A stretch of 64,000 bases of DNA from a virus, in IMG/VR virus record IMGVR_UViG_3300035682_000004; one strand, written 5' to 3'. The notes below the pieces were generated by a model. That model did no database searches. It was not told the DNA's origin and saw only the letters and a program-made list of their open reading frames with translations. Positions 29,844-39,800 of this stretch are shown piece by piece. How positions within the stretch are numbered: position 1 is the stretch's first letter; each line of letters opens with the position of its first letter. Made by a program: the position numbers and the translations under genes.

Positions 29844-29848
29844 AACAT

Positions 29849-29877
29849 GGCTCTTCCAAAAGAAGAGCTTTTTCTTT
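29849..29877 (+). terminator. Intrinsic terminator
   Basis: GGCTCTTC-caaaa-GAAGAGCT followed by TTTTCTTT. Confidence 0.7.
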
Positions 29878-30015
29878 GCACTTCTGTGCATTTTTAGAAA
29901 ATCCGGACATATGTATATTAGAATATACTGCCCGCAATCGCATTTGCAGTATCTATAAATAACAATTCTATTACACTTCAAATAAGTGTATTTCCCAAAC
30001 AAAATTTTAGGACAA

Positions 30016-31104
30016 ATGAGTAAAAACAGAGATTTGCTTAAAGAAGCAATCGAAGATGCTAAAGTTGTTAAAGAAACAGCAATAGCAAGCGCAAAAGCTG
30101 CTCTTGAAGAACACTTTACTCCACAATTAAAATCTATGCTATCAGCTAAACTTGCAGAAATGGAAGAAAAGGAAGAGGCAGAAATGGACGATAATATGGA
30201 AGAAATGTATTCTAAAAAAGATGAAAACTTAATGGGCTACAAACCAGTTAAAAAAGAAGAAATTGAGTATGATCACGGTAACATCGACACAGAAGAAGGT
30301 AACCCGTTAGATGAACTTAATCTTGAAGAATTATTAGCTGAATTAGAAGAAGACATGGAAAAAGAATCCGCGTATGAAGCTAAAGAAGACGACAAAATGA
30401 AGAAAGAAGAATTAAACGAAGCAGAAGGTGAAGAAGAAGTTGAAACTGAAGAAGAAATCAACATCGAGGACATGACTGAAGAAGAGTTAAAATCATTCAT
30501 TGAAGACGTAATTAAAGACATGGTTGAAGCTGGTGAATTAGAAGCTGGTGAAGGCATGGAAGACATGAAAGGTGAAGAAGGTGAAGAAATGGAAAGTGAA
30601 GAAGAAGAAATTTCAATTGATGAAATTTTAGCTGAAATCGAATTAGATGAAGCTAAAAGAAAAAAACTAATTAAATCAAAAGACGAAGACAAAAAAGACA
30701 AAGAAGACGAAGAAGACAAAAAAGAAATCAAAAAACTTAAAAATGAGTTAGAAGAAGCTATGTCTACTATTTCTACTATGAGATCTGATATCAATGAAGT
30801 TAATTTGTTAAATGCGAAATTACTTTACACTAACAAAATTTTCAAAGCTAAAAACTTAACCGAGTCACAAAAAGTAAAGGTTTTAAATGCATTTGATAAA
30901 GCATCAACAGTAAAAGAAACTAAATTAGTATTCGAAACATTATCAGAAGGATTAAAAGAAACTTCTAAATCACATGTTAATGAATCATTAAAAACTAGTT
31001 TAGCATCTAAAACAACAGGTATCATGCCAACAGCAAGAAAGCCTATTGTAGAAGTTAATGACACATTCAAAAGAATGCAAAAAATAGCAGGAATTATTAA
31101 ATAA
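30016..31104 (+). CDS. Prohead scaffold/core protein
   Basis: ATG at 30016; very acidic coiled coil directly before the MCP; ends RMQKIAGIIK. Confidence 0.8.
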   Translation: MSKNRDLLKEAIEDAKVVKETAIASAKAALEEHFTPQLKSMLSAKLAEMEEKEEAEMDDNMEEMYSKKDENLMGYKPVKKEEIEYDHGNIDTEEGNPLDELNLEELLAELEEDMEKESAYEAKEDDKMKKEELNEAEGEEEVETEEEINIEDMTEEELKSFIEDVIKDMVEAGELEAGEGMEDMKGEEGEEMESEEEEISIDEILAEIELDEAKRKKLIKSKDEDKKDKEDEEDKKEIKKLKNELEEAMSTISTMRSDINEVNLLNAKLLYTNKIFKAKNLTESQKVKVLNAFDKASTVKETKLVFETLSEGLKETSKSHVNESLKTSLASKTTGIMPTARKPIVEVNDTFKRMQKIAGIIK

Positions 31105-31131
31105 AACAATTTAAAAAAAAATTTTAAAAAA

Positions 31132-32808
31132 ATGAGCACAATTCAATCATTATTAGAATCAGCTAGTCCTTGGAAATCACTCCAAAGTGACGCAGCTAAA
31201 TTGTCTTCTAAATGGAACAAAACGGGTCTATTAGAAGGCTTAACAAATGTAGAGGCAAACAACATGTCTTTATTATTAGAAAACCAAGCTAAGCAATTAG
31301 TTATGGAACAATCAGATACAGGTGGAGGTTCATCAGCAGGTTCATTCTCTGTTGGTCAATCAGAAAACTGGGCTGGTATCGCTTTACCTTTAGTACGTAA
31401 AGTATTTGCTCAAATTGCAGCAAAAGAATTTGTTTCAGTTCAACCAATGTCAATGCCTTCAGGTCTTGTGTTCTTCTTAGATTTCCAATACGGAACAGCT
31501 AAAGATCCATTTGCAGTAGGTAGTTCATTGTATGGTAACAGAAATGCAACAGGTGAATTCCCGTTTGCAACTCCAGCACCATCAGGTGGTTTATACGGAA
31601 CAGGTCGTTTCACTTACTCTACTAACCAATTCTCATCATCTGCAATCACAATTGCAACTGGTTCACTTATCGTTTCAGGTACAGCTGCTACAACTAACTT
31701 TGATTCAAATTATTCAGCTTCAGTTACTGCAGGTCAAATTAAAGCGATCACTTTAATTAGTGCTTCTACAAACATCCCTTCATTTGATATGGATGCTGTT
31801 AGAGGTTTCTTAATTTTATCAGGTTCAGCTATTACTGCTGCTAATAACTTACAACAGTTTACTACATTTGATTACACAAACAACACAATTACATTCTTTG
31901 TAAGTGCTTCTACAGCTGCAATTGCTAACGCAGGTGATTATACAATTTTGTATAACAAAGCTACTCAAATGAGCCCGTATAACGTAGGTGATTTTGAAGA
32001 TTCATCATCATTCGCAGTTCCAAATGCTCAAGATAACAGTAGTATTGTTATTCCTGAAATCAACGTGAAAATGCAATCACAAGCCATCACTGCCAAAACT
32101 AAAAAATTGAAAGCAGTATGGACACCTGAATTCTCACAAGATTTAGCTGCTTACCAAAACATTGATGCTGAAGCGGAAGTAACAAACATCATGTCTGAGT
32201 ATATTTCAATGGAAATTGACCTTGAAATCTTAGATATGTTGATCGAAGACGCAGCAGCAGGTACTGAATACTGGTCAACTATTAACAACAACGTTTATAA
32301 CCCAGGTACAGGTACTTTCTCAACAGCTGGTTCAGCGTTCTACAACACACAAGGCCAATGGTTCCAAACTTTAGGAACTAAAATCCAAAAATTAAGCAAC
32401 AAAATTCACCAATTAACTTTAAGAGGTGGTGCTAACTTCATCGTTACATCTCCAACTGTAGCTACAGTATTAGAATCAATCCCAGGATTTGCTTCTAACA
32501 ACAATGGTGATGCTGCTCAAATGGAATACGCTTTCGGTGTACAAAAAGCAGGTCAATTAAATGGCCGTTACACAGTTTACAAAAACCCTTACATGACTGA
32601 AAACATCATGTTATTAGGTTACAGAGGTTCACAATTCTTAGAAGCTGGTGCTGTATTTGCTCCATACGTTCCATTAATTATGACTCCACTTGTGTACGAT
32701 CCAGATACATTTACTCCACGTAAAGGTTTATTAACTCGTTACGCTAAGAAAATGTTAAGACCAGAATTTTATGGTAAGATCTACATTAACGGATTAAACA
32801 CTATCTAA
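31132..32808 (+). CDS. Major capsid protein (T4 gp23-like)
   Basis: LPLVRKVF; VQPMSMPSGLVFFLD; AKTKKLKAVWTPE; EIDLEIL; FAPYVPL; TPRKGLLTRY. Confidence 0.95.
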   Translation: MSTIQSLLESASPWKSLQSDAAKLSSKWNKTGLLEGLTNVEANNMSLLLENQAKQLVMEQSDTGGGSSAGSFSVGQSENWAGIALPLVRKVFAQIAAKEFVSVQPMSMPSGLVFFLDFQYGTAKDPFAVGSSLYGNRNATGEFPFATPAPSGGLYGTGRFTYSTNQFSSSAITIATGSLIVSGTAATTNFDSNYSASVTAGQIKAITLISASTNIPSFDMDAVRGFLILSGSAITAANNLQQFTTFDYTNNTITFFVSASTAAIANAGDYTILYNKATQMSPYNVGDFEDSSSFAVPNAQDNSSIVIPEINVKMQSQAITAKTKKLKAVWTPEFSQDLAAYQNIDAEAEVTNIMSEYISMEIDLEILDMLIEDAAAGTEYWSTINNNVYNPGTGTFSTAGSAFYNTQGQWFQTLGTKIQKLSNKIHQLTLRGGANFIVTSPTVATVLESIPGFASNNNGDAAQMEYAFGVQKAGQLNGRYTVYKNPYMTENIMLLGYRGSQFLEAGAVFAPYVPLIMTPLVYDPDTFTPRKGLLTRYAKKMLRPEFYGKIYINGLNTI

Positions 32809-32831
32809 TTCTAAATTAATAGAATAAAAAG

Positions 32832-32861
32832 AAGGGACTCGCATTGCGAGTCCTTTTTTTT
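32832..32861 (+). terminator. Intrinsic terminator after the MCP gene
   Basis: GGACTCGC-att-GCGAGTCC followed by a T run. Confidence 0.85.
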
Positions 32862-33030
32862 GTCTATATTTATTGAAAACTAATAAGTTTTATGAGTGGA
32901 AATATTGCAAGAATACCGCTTATTATCAATTTGAATATTAATATACGCAACTATATTATCTCCTATTTACCCACTGTATTAGACGGGTTAATCAACAAAT
33001 CAACAATTTTATTCACTAAACGACTGTATT

Positions 33031-33744
33031 ATGAGTTCAAACCATCATGAGGACGAGATCTTCAAAGAGAAACGCAAACCTAAAACTCCAATTAAATTTA
33101 AAATTCAATTAAACGAAGAACAGAAACAAGCAAAAGAAAAAATTTTAAATAATACAGTTACATTATTAGCTGGTTCAGCTGGTTCAGGTAAAACTTTATT
33201 AGCATGTCAAATAGCATTAGAAAAGCTATTTATGAAAGAAGTAGAAAAAGTAATTATTACTAGACCTACAGTATCAAAAGAAGAAATTGGTTTTTTACCT
33301 GGTGATTTAAGAGAAAAAATGGATCCTTGGGTTCAACCAATTTATCAAAACATGTTTTTACTATATGATAAAGTTGCTATAGAAAAACACATTAATGAAG
33401 GTAATATAGAAATTGTACCTGTATCATTTATGCGTGGTAGAACATTTGTTAACTCAATTGTTATTGTAGATGAGGCTCAAAATGTGACACATGAACAAAT
33501 GGAAATGATTGTTACTCGTATTGGTATTGATTCTAAAATGATAGTATGTGGTGATGATAATCAAGTAGATTTAAAAAATAAACGTGACTCTGGATTTAAA
33601 TTCTTATATACAGCAGCGTCAAAAATTAAAAACTTAATTGGAATTAAATTAACTACTAACCATAGAAATCCAATAGTTGAAGATTTAATTGAATTATATA
33701 ATGATGCTTACGAAAGAGGCATGACCAATGTTAAAGTTAAGTAA
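33031..33744 (+). CDS. phoH: PhoH-family ATPase
   Basis: GSAGSGKT; IGFLPGDL; FMRGRTF; VDEAQN; GDDNQVD; HRNP. Confidence 0.92.
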   Translation: MSSNHHEDEIFKEKRKPKTPIKFKIQLNEEQKQAKEKILNNTVTLLAGSAGSGKTLLACQIALEKLFMKEVEKVIITRPTVSKEEIGFLPGDLREKMDPWVQPIYQNMFLLYDKVAIEKHINEGNIEIVPVSFMRGRTFVNSIVIVDEAQNVTHEQMEMIVTRIGIDSKMIVCGDDNQVDLKNKRDSGFKFLYTAASKIKNLIGIKLTTNHRNPIVEDLIELYNDAYERGMTNVKVK

Positions 33745-33762
33745 GGAACCATATTTTTTTGA

Positions 33763-33770
33763 TATTTATA
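33763..33770 (+). promoter_or_regulatory. Putative late promoter TATTTATA
   Basis: Intergenic recurrence. Confidence 0.6.
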
Positions 33771-33780
33771 ATTAAAAGGC

Positions 33781-34215
33781 ATGGCAACTTTCACTTCCCA
33801 AATATTTGAAATTTTAACTTTAAATGGAGATAACGTAGGATCTTCTGTTACTAACACAATTAATGATATTAATTATGTAGATAACAGAATCCTTAGCATC
33901 CCTACTGGGTCAGTTACTACATTATTTTCGATGGATTCAGTACCAGGTGCTGGAACCTTTGTAACAAGTAGTGTTAAATATATTAGAGTAACTAATAATT
34001 CAACTATTACACCTATTAAATTAATTGTATCTTCTTCAACAGAAGCTATGAGTTATTTAATTTCTGCTGGTAGTTCATATATGATATCTACAAGTAAAAT
34101 GACAGGAAGTGTAAGTGTTGGTACTGGTAGCTTTAATTTTAGTGACATCCAATCAGTTAAAGCACAACCTTCATCAAGCGCTGCTTCAATAGAATATTAT
34201 ATCATAACAACTTAA
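33781..34215 (+). CDS. Beta-rich virion structural protein
   Basis: Ser/Thr-rich; lies in the structural operon. Confidence 0.5.
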   Translation: MATFTSQIFEILTLNGDNVGSSVTNTINDINYVDNRILSIPTGSVTTLFSMDSVPGAGTFVTSSVKYIRVTNNSTITPIKLIVSSSTEAMSYLISAGSSYMISTSKMTGSVSVGTGSFNFSDIQSVKAQPSSSAASIEYYIITT

Positions 34216-34224
34216 TAAAATAAT

Positions 34225-35445
34225 ATGAATATACCTATTTGGCCTGGTTCTAGTTCATTTGCTCAAGTATCAGCTTCTTACTATAATGTTCCTTCATCAG
34301 GAATCCCTCCTACCCCGTTTGGATTTTATGATAATGAAGCCCAATTTAAAACAGACGCTGATAGTGTAGCTATGTTTGTTACTCGTAGATTAGGATATCC
34401 TATTATGGATATTGAATTACAAGATATTAACATATATGCTGCTTTTGAAGAGGCAGTTACTACATACGGTAATGAATTATATGCTTTTTTAACTAGAGAT
34501 AATTATCTTTCGTTTGAAGGAGCTTCAACATCTATTGACGCTGATAATGCTTTAATTACTCCTTCAATGGCTAATATTGTTAGATTATCTGAACAATATG
34601 GAGAAGAAGCAGGCTCAGGAGGTAATGTTACTTGGAGAAAAGGTAGATTAACTTTAATTCCTGGAGTACAAAGATATGATTTAAAAGCTTGGGCTGAGTC
34701 TCAAGGTATTGTAGGTGGAATTGAAATTAAAAGAGTATTTTACCAACCTCCTCCAGCTGTATCTCAAATGTTTGCTCCTTTCTTAGGAACAATGGCAGGA
34801 GGTTTAGGCGGAGTACCAGCAGCTGGTGCTTATGGTTTAGGAATGGGTTATACAAATTATTTAATGATGCCTACAAGTTTTACAGCTCAAACTATTCAAG
34901 CTATTGAGATGCAAAACACTATAACATTATCTAACTATACTTTTGAAATTACAAATAATGTAATCTCAGTATTTCCAGTTCCTGGAACTGGTTTCTTTAA
35001 TGAAGAAATGGATTCTAGTTTAGATTATGGTATTTATTTAAATTTTGACTATATTGTATTACAAGAAAGATTAGATTCAGCATTTGGTGATGGCACAAAT
35101 AAAATTACTAATACATCAAATGTACCTTATACTAATCCAAACTATAATGCTTTAAATTCAGTAGGTAGAAGTTGGATATATGAATACACTTTAGCTTTAA
35201 CTAAAGAAATATTAGGATATGTCAGAGGAAAATACAGTAGTGTTCCTATTCCTAATTCTGAAGTAACTTTAAATCAACAAGATTTATTATCTTCAGCTAC
35301 AGCTACTAAAGACGCGTTAATTTTAAGATTAAGAGAATATTTTGATCAAACTTCACGCCAAGCATTGCTTGAAAGAAGAGCAGCTGAATCAGCAGCCCGT
35401 GTAACAGAAATAAATCAAGTACCAATGGTAATTTATATAGCATAA
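34225..35445 (+). CDS. Neck protein (T4 gp13-like head-tail adaptor)
   Basis: RRLGYPIMDIEL; YTLALTKEILGYVRGKY..IP...VTLN. Confidence 0.75.
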   Translation: MNIPIWPGSSSFAQVSASYYNVPSSGIPPTPFGFYDNEAQFKTDADSVAMFVTRRLGYPIMDIELQDINIYAAFEEAVTTYGNELYAFLTRDNYLSFEGASTSIDADNALITPSMANIVRLSEQYGEEAGSGGNVTWRKGRLTLIPGVQRYDLKAWAESQGIVGGIEIKRVFYQPPPAVSQMFAPFLGTMAGGLGGVPAAGAYGLGMGYTNYLMMPTSFTAQTIQAIEMQNTITLSNYTFEITNNVISVFPVPGTGFFNEEMDSSLDYGIYLNFDYIVLQERLDSAFGDGTNKITNTSNVPYTNPNYNALNSVGRSWIYEYTLALTKEILGYVRGKYSSVPIPNSEVTLNQQDLLSSATATKDALILRLREYFDQTSRQALLERRAAESAARVTEINQVPMVIYIA

Positions 35446-35446
35446 A

Positions 35447-35995
35447 ATGGCATTATTTGGAAGTACAAGAGATGTTTCAGCTTTAAGATTTATTAATAGA
35501 GAATTAATGGGTAATATTATTACCCAACAGGTTGCTTATTATAAATTTAATCTAGGTCAAACTAGAGTTAATATGTATGGTGAAAACGTAGAGGGTAAAT
35601 TTTATATTGGACCAGTTCTATTAAGTTGTTTAATTGAAAGAAATGATCAATTATTTCCTACAAGTGATTTAGGTCCTGATTTAGTATATGGAATAGATGT
35701 AGCATTTTTAAAAGATGATTTATTAAATAAAAATTATGATTTTAATATTGATACTGAGTTTTATGGTGCTAATTTAGTTCCACAAGTAGGAGATATTATA
35801 ATGTTCCAAGAAGGATATTTTGAAGTAGATAATGTTGTAAATAATCAATTATTTGTAGGTAAAGATCCTGAATATCCAAACAGTGTAAATCCTTTAAATC
35901 CAGGATTACAAAACTTTGGTTGGGATATTTCAATACTTTGCAAAACACATTATGTACCACAAGATAGAGTAAATATAACTAAAGCAAGATTATAA
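35447..35995 (+). CDS. Neck/head-closure protein (gp14-like)
   Basis: Synteny; NMYGE; PQVGDII..YFEV. Confidence 0.6.
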   Translation: MALFGSTRDVSALRFINRELMGNIITQQVAYYKFNLGQTRVNMYGENVEGKFYIGPVLLSCLIERNDQLFPTSDLGPDLVYGIDVAFLKDDLLNKNYDFNIDTEFYGANLVPQVGDIIMFQEGYFEVDNVVNNQLFVGKDPEYPNSVNPLNPGLQNFGWDISILCKTHYVPQDRVNITKARL

Positions 35996-36864
35996 TGGCA
36001 GGAAGAATACCTATACCTAAAACACAAAAAGAGATACTTGTAGATCAACAAGTACCTTTTGATGTTGAAAGAGGTAACCCTAATAAGTCTAATAATCCTA
36101 ATAGAGCTACACAAACTTCTTTTAGAAATGATAATACTAAACCATTTAGTATTGGTCTTCAAGATATTGATGGAGCTATTATGTATTACTTTCAAAATGT
36201 TATTAAACCTTTTGTAGTACAAAATGAAGAAAGAATAGAAGTTCCTGTTATATATGGTTCACCTGAAAAATGGAAATCATATCAAAAGGATGGTTACTAT
36301 AGAGATGTAAACGGTGCTATTATGGCTCCGCTTATTATGTTTAAAAGAGATAGTATAGAAAAAAATAGGACTGTAGCTAATAAATTAGATGCTAATAAAC
36401 CTAATAATTATACAGTAACAGAAAAACAATACTCTCAAGGTAATGTATATAGTAATTTTAATGTTTTAACTAACAGAGCACCAACTACTACATATTATGC
36501 TTCAGTAGTACCTGATTATTTAACATTAACTTATAGTTGTGTAGTATTTACTTACTATGTAGCTCAATTAAATAAAATAGTAGAGGCAATTGAATATGCC
36601 TCAGATGCGTATTGGGGTAACCCAGAACAATTTCAATTCCAAACTCGTATTGACACATTTAATACAGTAACAGAATTACAAAATGATGCTGAACGATTAG
36701 TTAGAAGTACATTTAATATTAAAGTATATGGATATATAGTTCCAGAAGTATTACAAAAAGATTTAAACTCTATCAAGAAATTTTCAAGTAAGAGTAAAAT
36801 AATTATAAATTTAGAATCAACAATAACAAACCCAACAAACGAAATACAATATGGCCAGAATTAA
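35995..36864 (+). CDS. Tail completion/terminator protein (gp15-like)
   Basis: Synteny; [11 protein letters not shown]; [16 protein letters not shown]. Confidence 0.6.
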   Translation: MAGRIPIPKTQKEILVDQQVPFDVERGNPNKSNNPNRATQTSFRNDNTKPFSIGLQDIDGAIMYYFQNVIKPFVVQNEERIEVPVIYGSPEKWKSYQKDGYYRDVNGAIMAPLIMFKRDSIEKNRTVANKLDANKPNNYTVTEKQYSQGNVYSNFNVLTNRAPTTTYYASVVPDYLTLTYSCVVFTYYVAQLNKIVEAIEYASDAYWGNPEQFQFQTRIDTFNTVTELQNDAERLVRSTFNIKVYGYIVPEVLQKDLNSIKKFSSKSKIIINLESTITNPTNEIQYGQN

Positions 36865-39800
36865 TAACTCCATACCTAGAAATAATGTACGATTTTTAGA
36901 TCAAGTATCTATAGCTTCTTTTGAAGTGCCTACTTCAGAAGGTAGTAGTGGTATTGGTACATCTGGACTTTCAGGTTTATCAGGTATTTCAGGCCTAAGT
37001 GGTACTGGTGGTTCAGGTCTTTCAGGCTTAAGTGGCATTGGTAGTTCAGGTATTTCAGGTTTATCAGGAACAGGTACATCAGGTATCTCAGGACTAAGTG
37101 GTACTGGAACATCTGGTTTAAGTGGTTTATCAGGAACAAATGGTACAAATGGTACTTCAGGACTTTCAGGTTTAGAAGGCTTATCAGGTATAAGTGGCTT
37201 ATCAGGTATAAATGGTACTTCAGGACTTTCAGGCTTAGAAGGTTTGTCAGGTTTAAGTGGTACTGGAACTTCAGGCTTATCAGGATTAAGTGGAACTGGC
37301 ACCTCAGGATTAAGCGGTTTATCAGGAATTAATGGTATTTCAGGTTTAAGTGGATTAGAAGGTCTTTCAGGTCTTAGTGGTATTGGCACTTCAGGACTTT
37401 CAGGTTTAAGCGGTATTAGCTCATCTGGTATATCTGGCTTAAGTGGAATAGGTACATCAGGTATCTCAGGATTAAGCGGTTTATCAGGAACTAATGGTAC
37501 CAATGGTACTTCAGGCCTTTCAGGATTAGACGGTGTATCAGGATTAAGTGGTACAGGTATATCTGGTTTATCAGGTTTAAGTGGTGCTTTAGGTATTTCA
37601 GGTTTAAGTGGTTTATCAGGCACAAATGGTAACTCAGGACTTTCAGGTCTTGAAGGTACATCAGGACTTTCAGGACTAAGTGGTACTGGAACATCAGGAT
37701 TGTCAGGTTTAAGTGGAATAGGAACATCAGGTCTTTCTGGTTTATCTGGTACTAATGGAGCATCAGGTCTTTCAGGCCTAGAAGGTACATCAGGTATTTC
37801 AGGACTAAGTGGTACCGGAATCTCAGGACTTTCAGGTCTTAGTGGTATTAGTACTTCAGGCCTTTCAGGTTTATCAGGTATTAATGGTACTTCAGGACTT
37901 TCAGGTCTAGAAGGTACATCAGGTATAAGTGGATTAAGTGGTACTGGTCTATCTGGTCTTTCAGGATTAAGTGGTACAATTGGTACATCCGGCTTATCAG
38001 GTATTAATGGTATTTCAGGAACAAGTGGAACGGATGGTTTAAGTTGTTTAAGTTATACTGTAACCTATCAAGTAGGTGGCGGTGATTTATATTTTGATTA
38101 CAATGATTGCTCGGGTGCTTTAGTAAGTGTGGGGCCTGTAACAAGTGGTTCTTTAACATTTTGTGCGCTTAGTTTCGGGAGTTCTCCCAGCATAGTTATA
38201 ATTTCGGGTAATGCTACGATTTTAAGTAACGGAGTTTGCGTAGGCACAAGTGGTTTATCTGGTTTAAGCGGAACAGGAACATCAGGACTTTCAGGTCTTA
38301 GTGGAATAGGAACATCAGGTCTTTCTGGTTTATCAGGTATTAGTGGTACAAACGGAACTTCAGGTTTATCAGGTTTAGAAGGTACATCAGGTTTATCTGG
38401 TTTAAGCGGAATAGGAACTTCAGGTATTTCAGGTCTAAGTGGAATTAGTACATCAGGCTTATCAGGTATAAGTGGTTTAGAAGGTAATTCAGGCTTAAGT
38501 GGTTTATCAGGTACATCAGGTTTAAGTGGTACATTAGGTATTTCAGGATTAAGTGGTTTATCAGGAACTAGTGGTGATTCAGGTCTTTCAGGTCTATCAG
38601 GTTTAAGTGGTAATTCAGGTCTAAGTGGTACCTCAGGTCTTTTAGGTAATTCAGGTCTTTCAGGTTTAGAAGGTACATCTGGTTTAAGTGGAATAGGAAC
38701 TTCAGGCTTATCAGGTATAAGTGGCTTATCAGGTACATCAGGTATAAATGGTATTTCAGGTTTAGAAGGTACTTCAGGATTAAGTGGAATAGGAACATCA
38801 GGTCTTTCAGGTACTTCAGGTTTAAGTGGTGAAAGTGGTTTATCAGGTATAAATGGCACGTCAGGACTTTCAGGTGTATCAGGCATCTCAGGTCTAAGTG
38901 GTACTAATGGAGAGTCAGGTTTAAGTGGATTAAGTGGTACAGTAGGTACTTCAGGTATAAGTGGTTTATCCGGTCTAGAAGGTATATCAGGTTTAAGTGG
39001 TACATCAGGTTTAAATGGTACTTCAGGTATTTCTGGTTTAAGTGGCACTTTAGGTTTATCAGGTATAAGTGGCTTATCAGGTTTAGATGGCAATTCAGGT
39101 CTTTCAGGACTTTCAGGTTTAAGTGGCTTAAATGGTACATCAGGTTTATCAGGTTTAAGTGGTATTTCAGGTATAAACGGTGACTCAGGTCTTTCAGGTC
39201 TAAGTGGTACATCTGGAATTTCAGGAACATCAGGATTGTCAGGTATATCAGGTATAAACGGTGACTCAGGTCTTTCAGGCTTGTCAGGTACAAGTGGTAT
39301 TTCTGGTTTAAGTGGTACATTAGGTATATCTGGTTTATCAGGTACATCAGGTATTTCAGGATTAAATGGTGACTCAGGTCTTTCAGGTGTAAGTGGTTTA
39401 TCAGGTCTCTTAGGTACATCAGGTATTTCAGGTCTAGAAGGTATATCAGGAATTTCAGGTTTATTAGGAACTTCAGGTATAAGTGGATTAAGTGGTACTT
39501 TAGGTGTAAGTGGTCTATCAGGTATTTCAGGTTTAGAAGGTACATCAGGAATTTCAGGTTTAAGTGGTACAGTAGGTACCTCAGGCCTATCAGGTTTAAG
39601 CGGCACATCAGGTATATCAGGTATAAATGGTGACTCAGGTCTTTCAGGATTATCAGGCATCTCAGGTACAAATGGTATTTCTGGTTTAAATGGCATATCA
39701 GGTTTATCAGGTGAAAGTGGTTTATCCGGCTTATCAGGTACATTAGGACTTTCAGGATTATCAGGTACAAGTGGCATTTCAGGATTATCAGGTGAATTAG

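Noticed and set aside
4348-31139. Short minus-strand ORFs (4348, 6479, 8156, 9691, 20251, 20926, 25250, 25591, 28246, 29814, 30273, 30825)
   Set aside because: Antisense to well-supported + strand genes; no recognisable motifs
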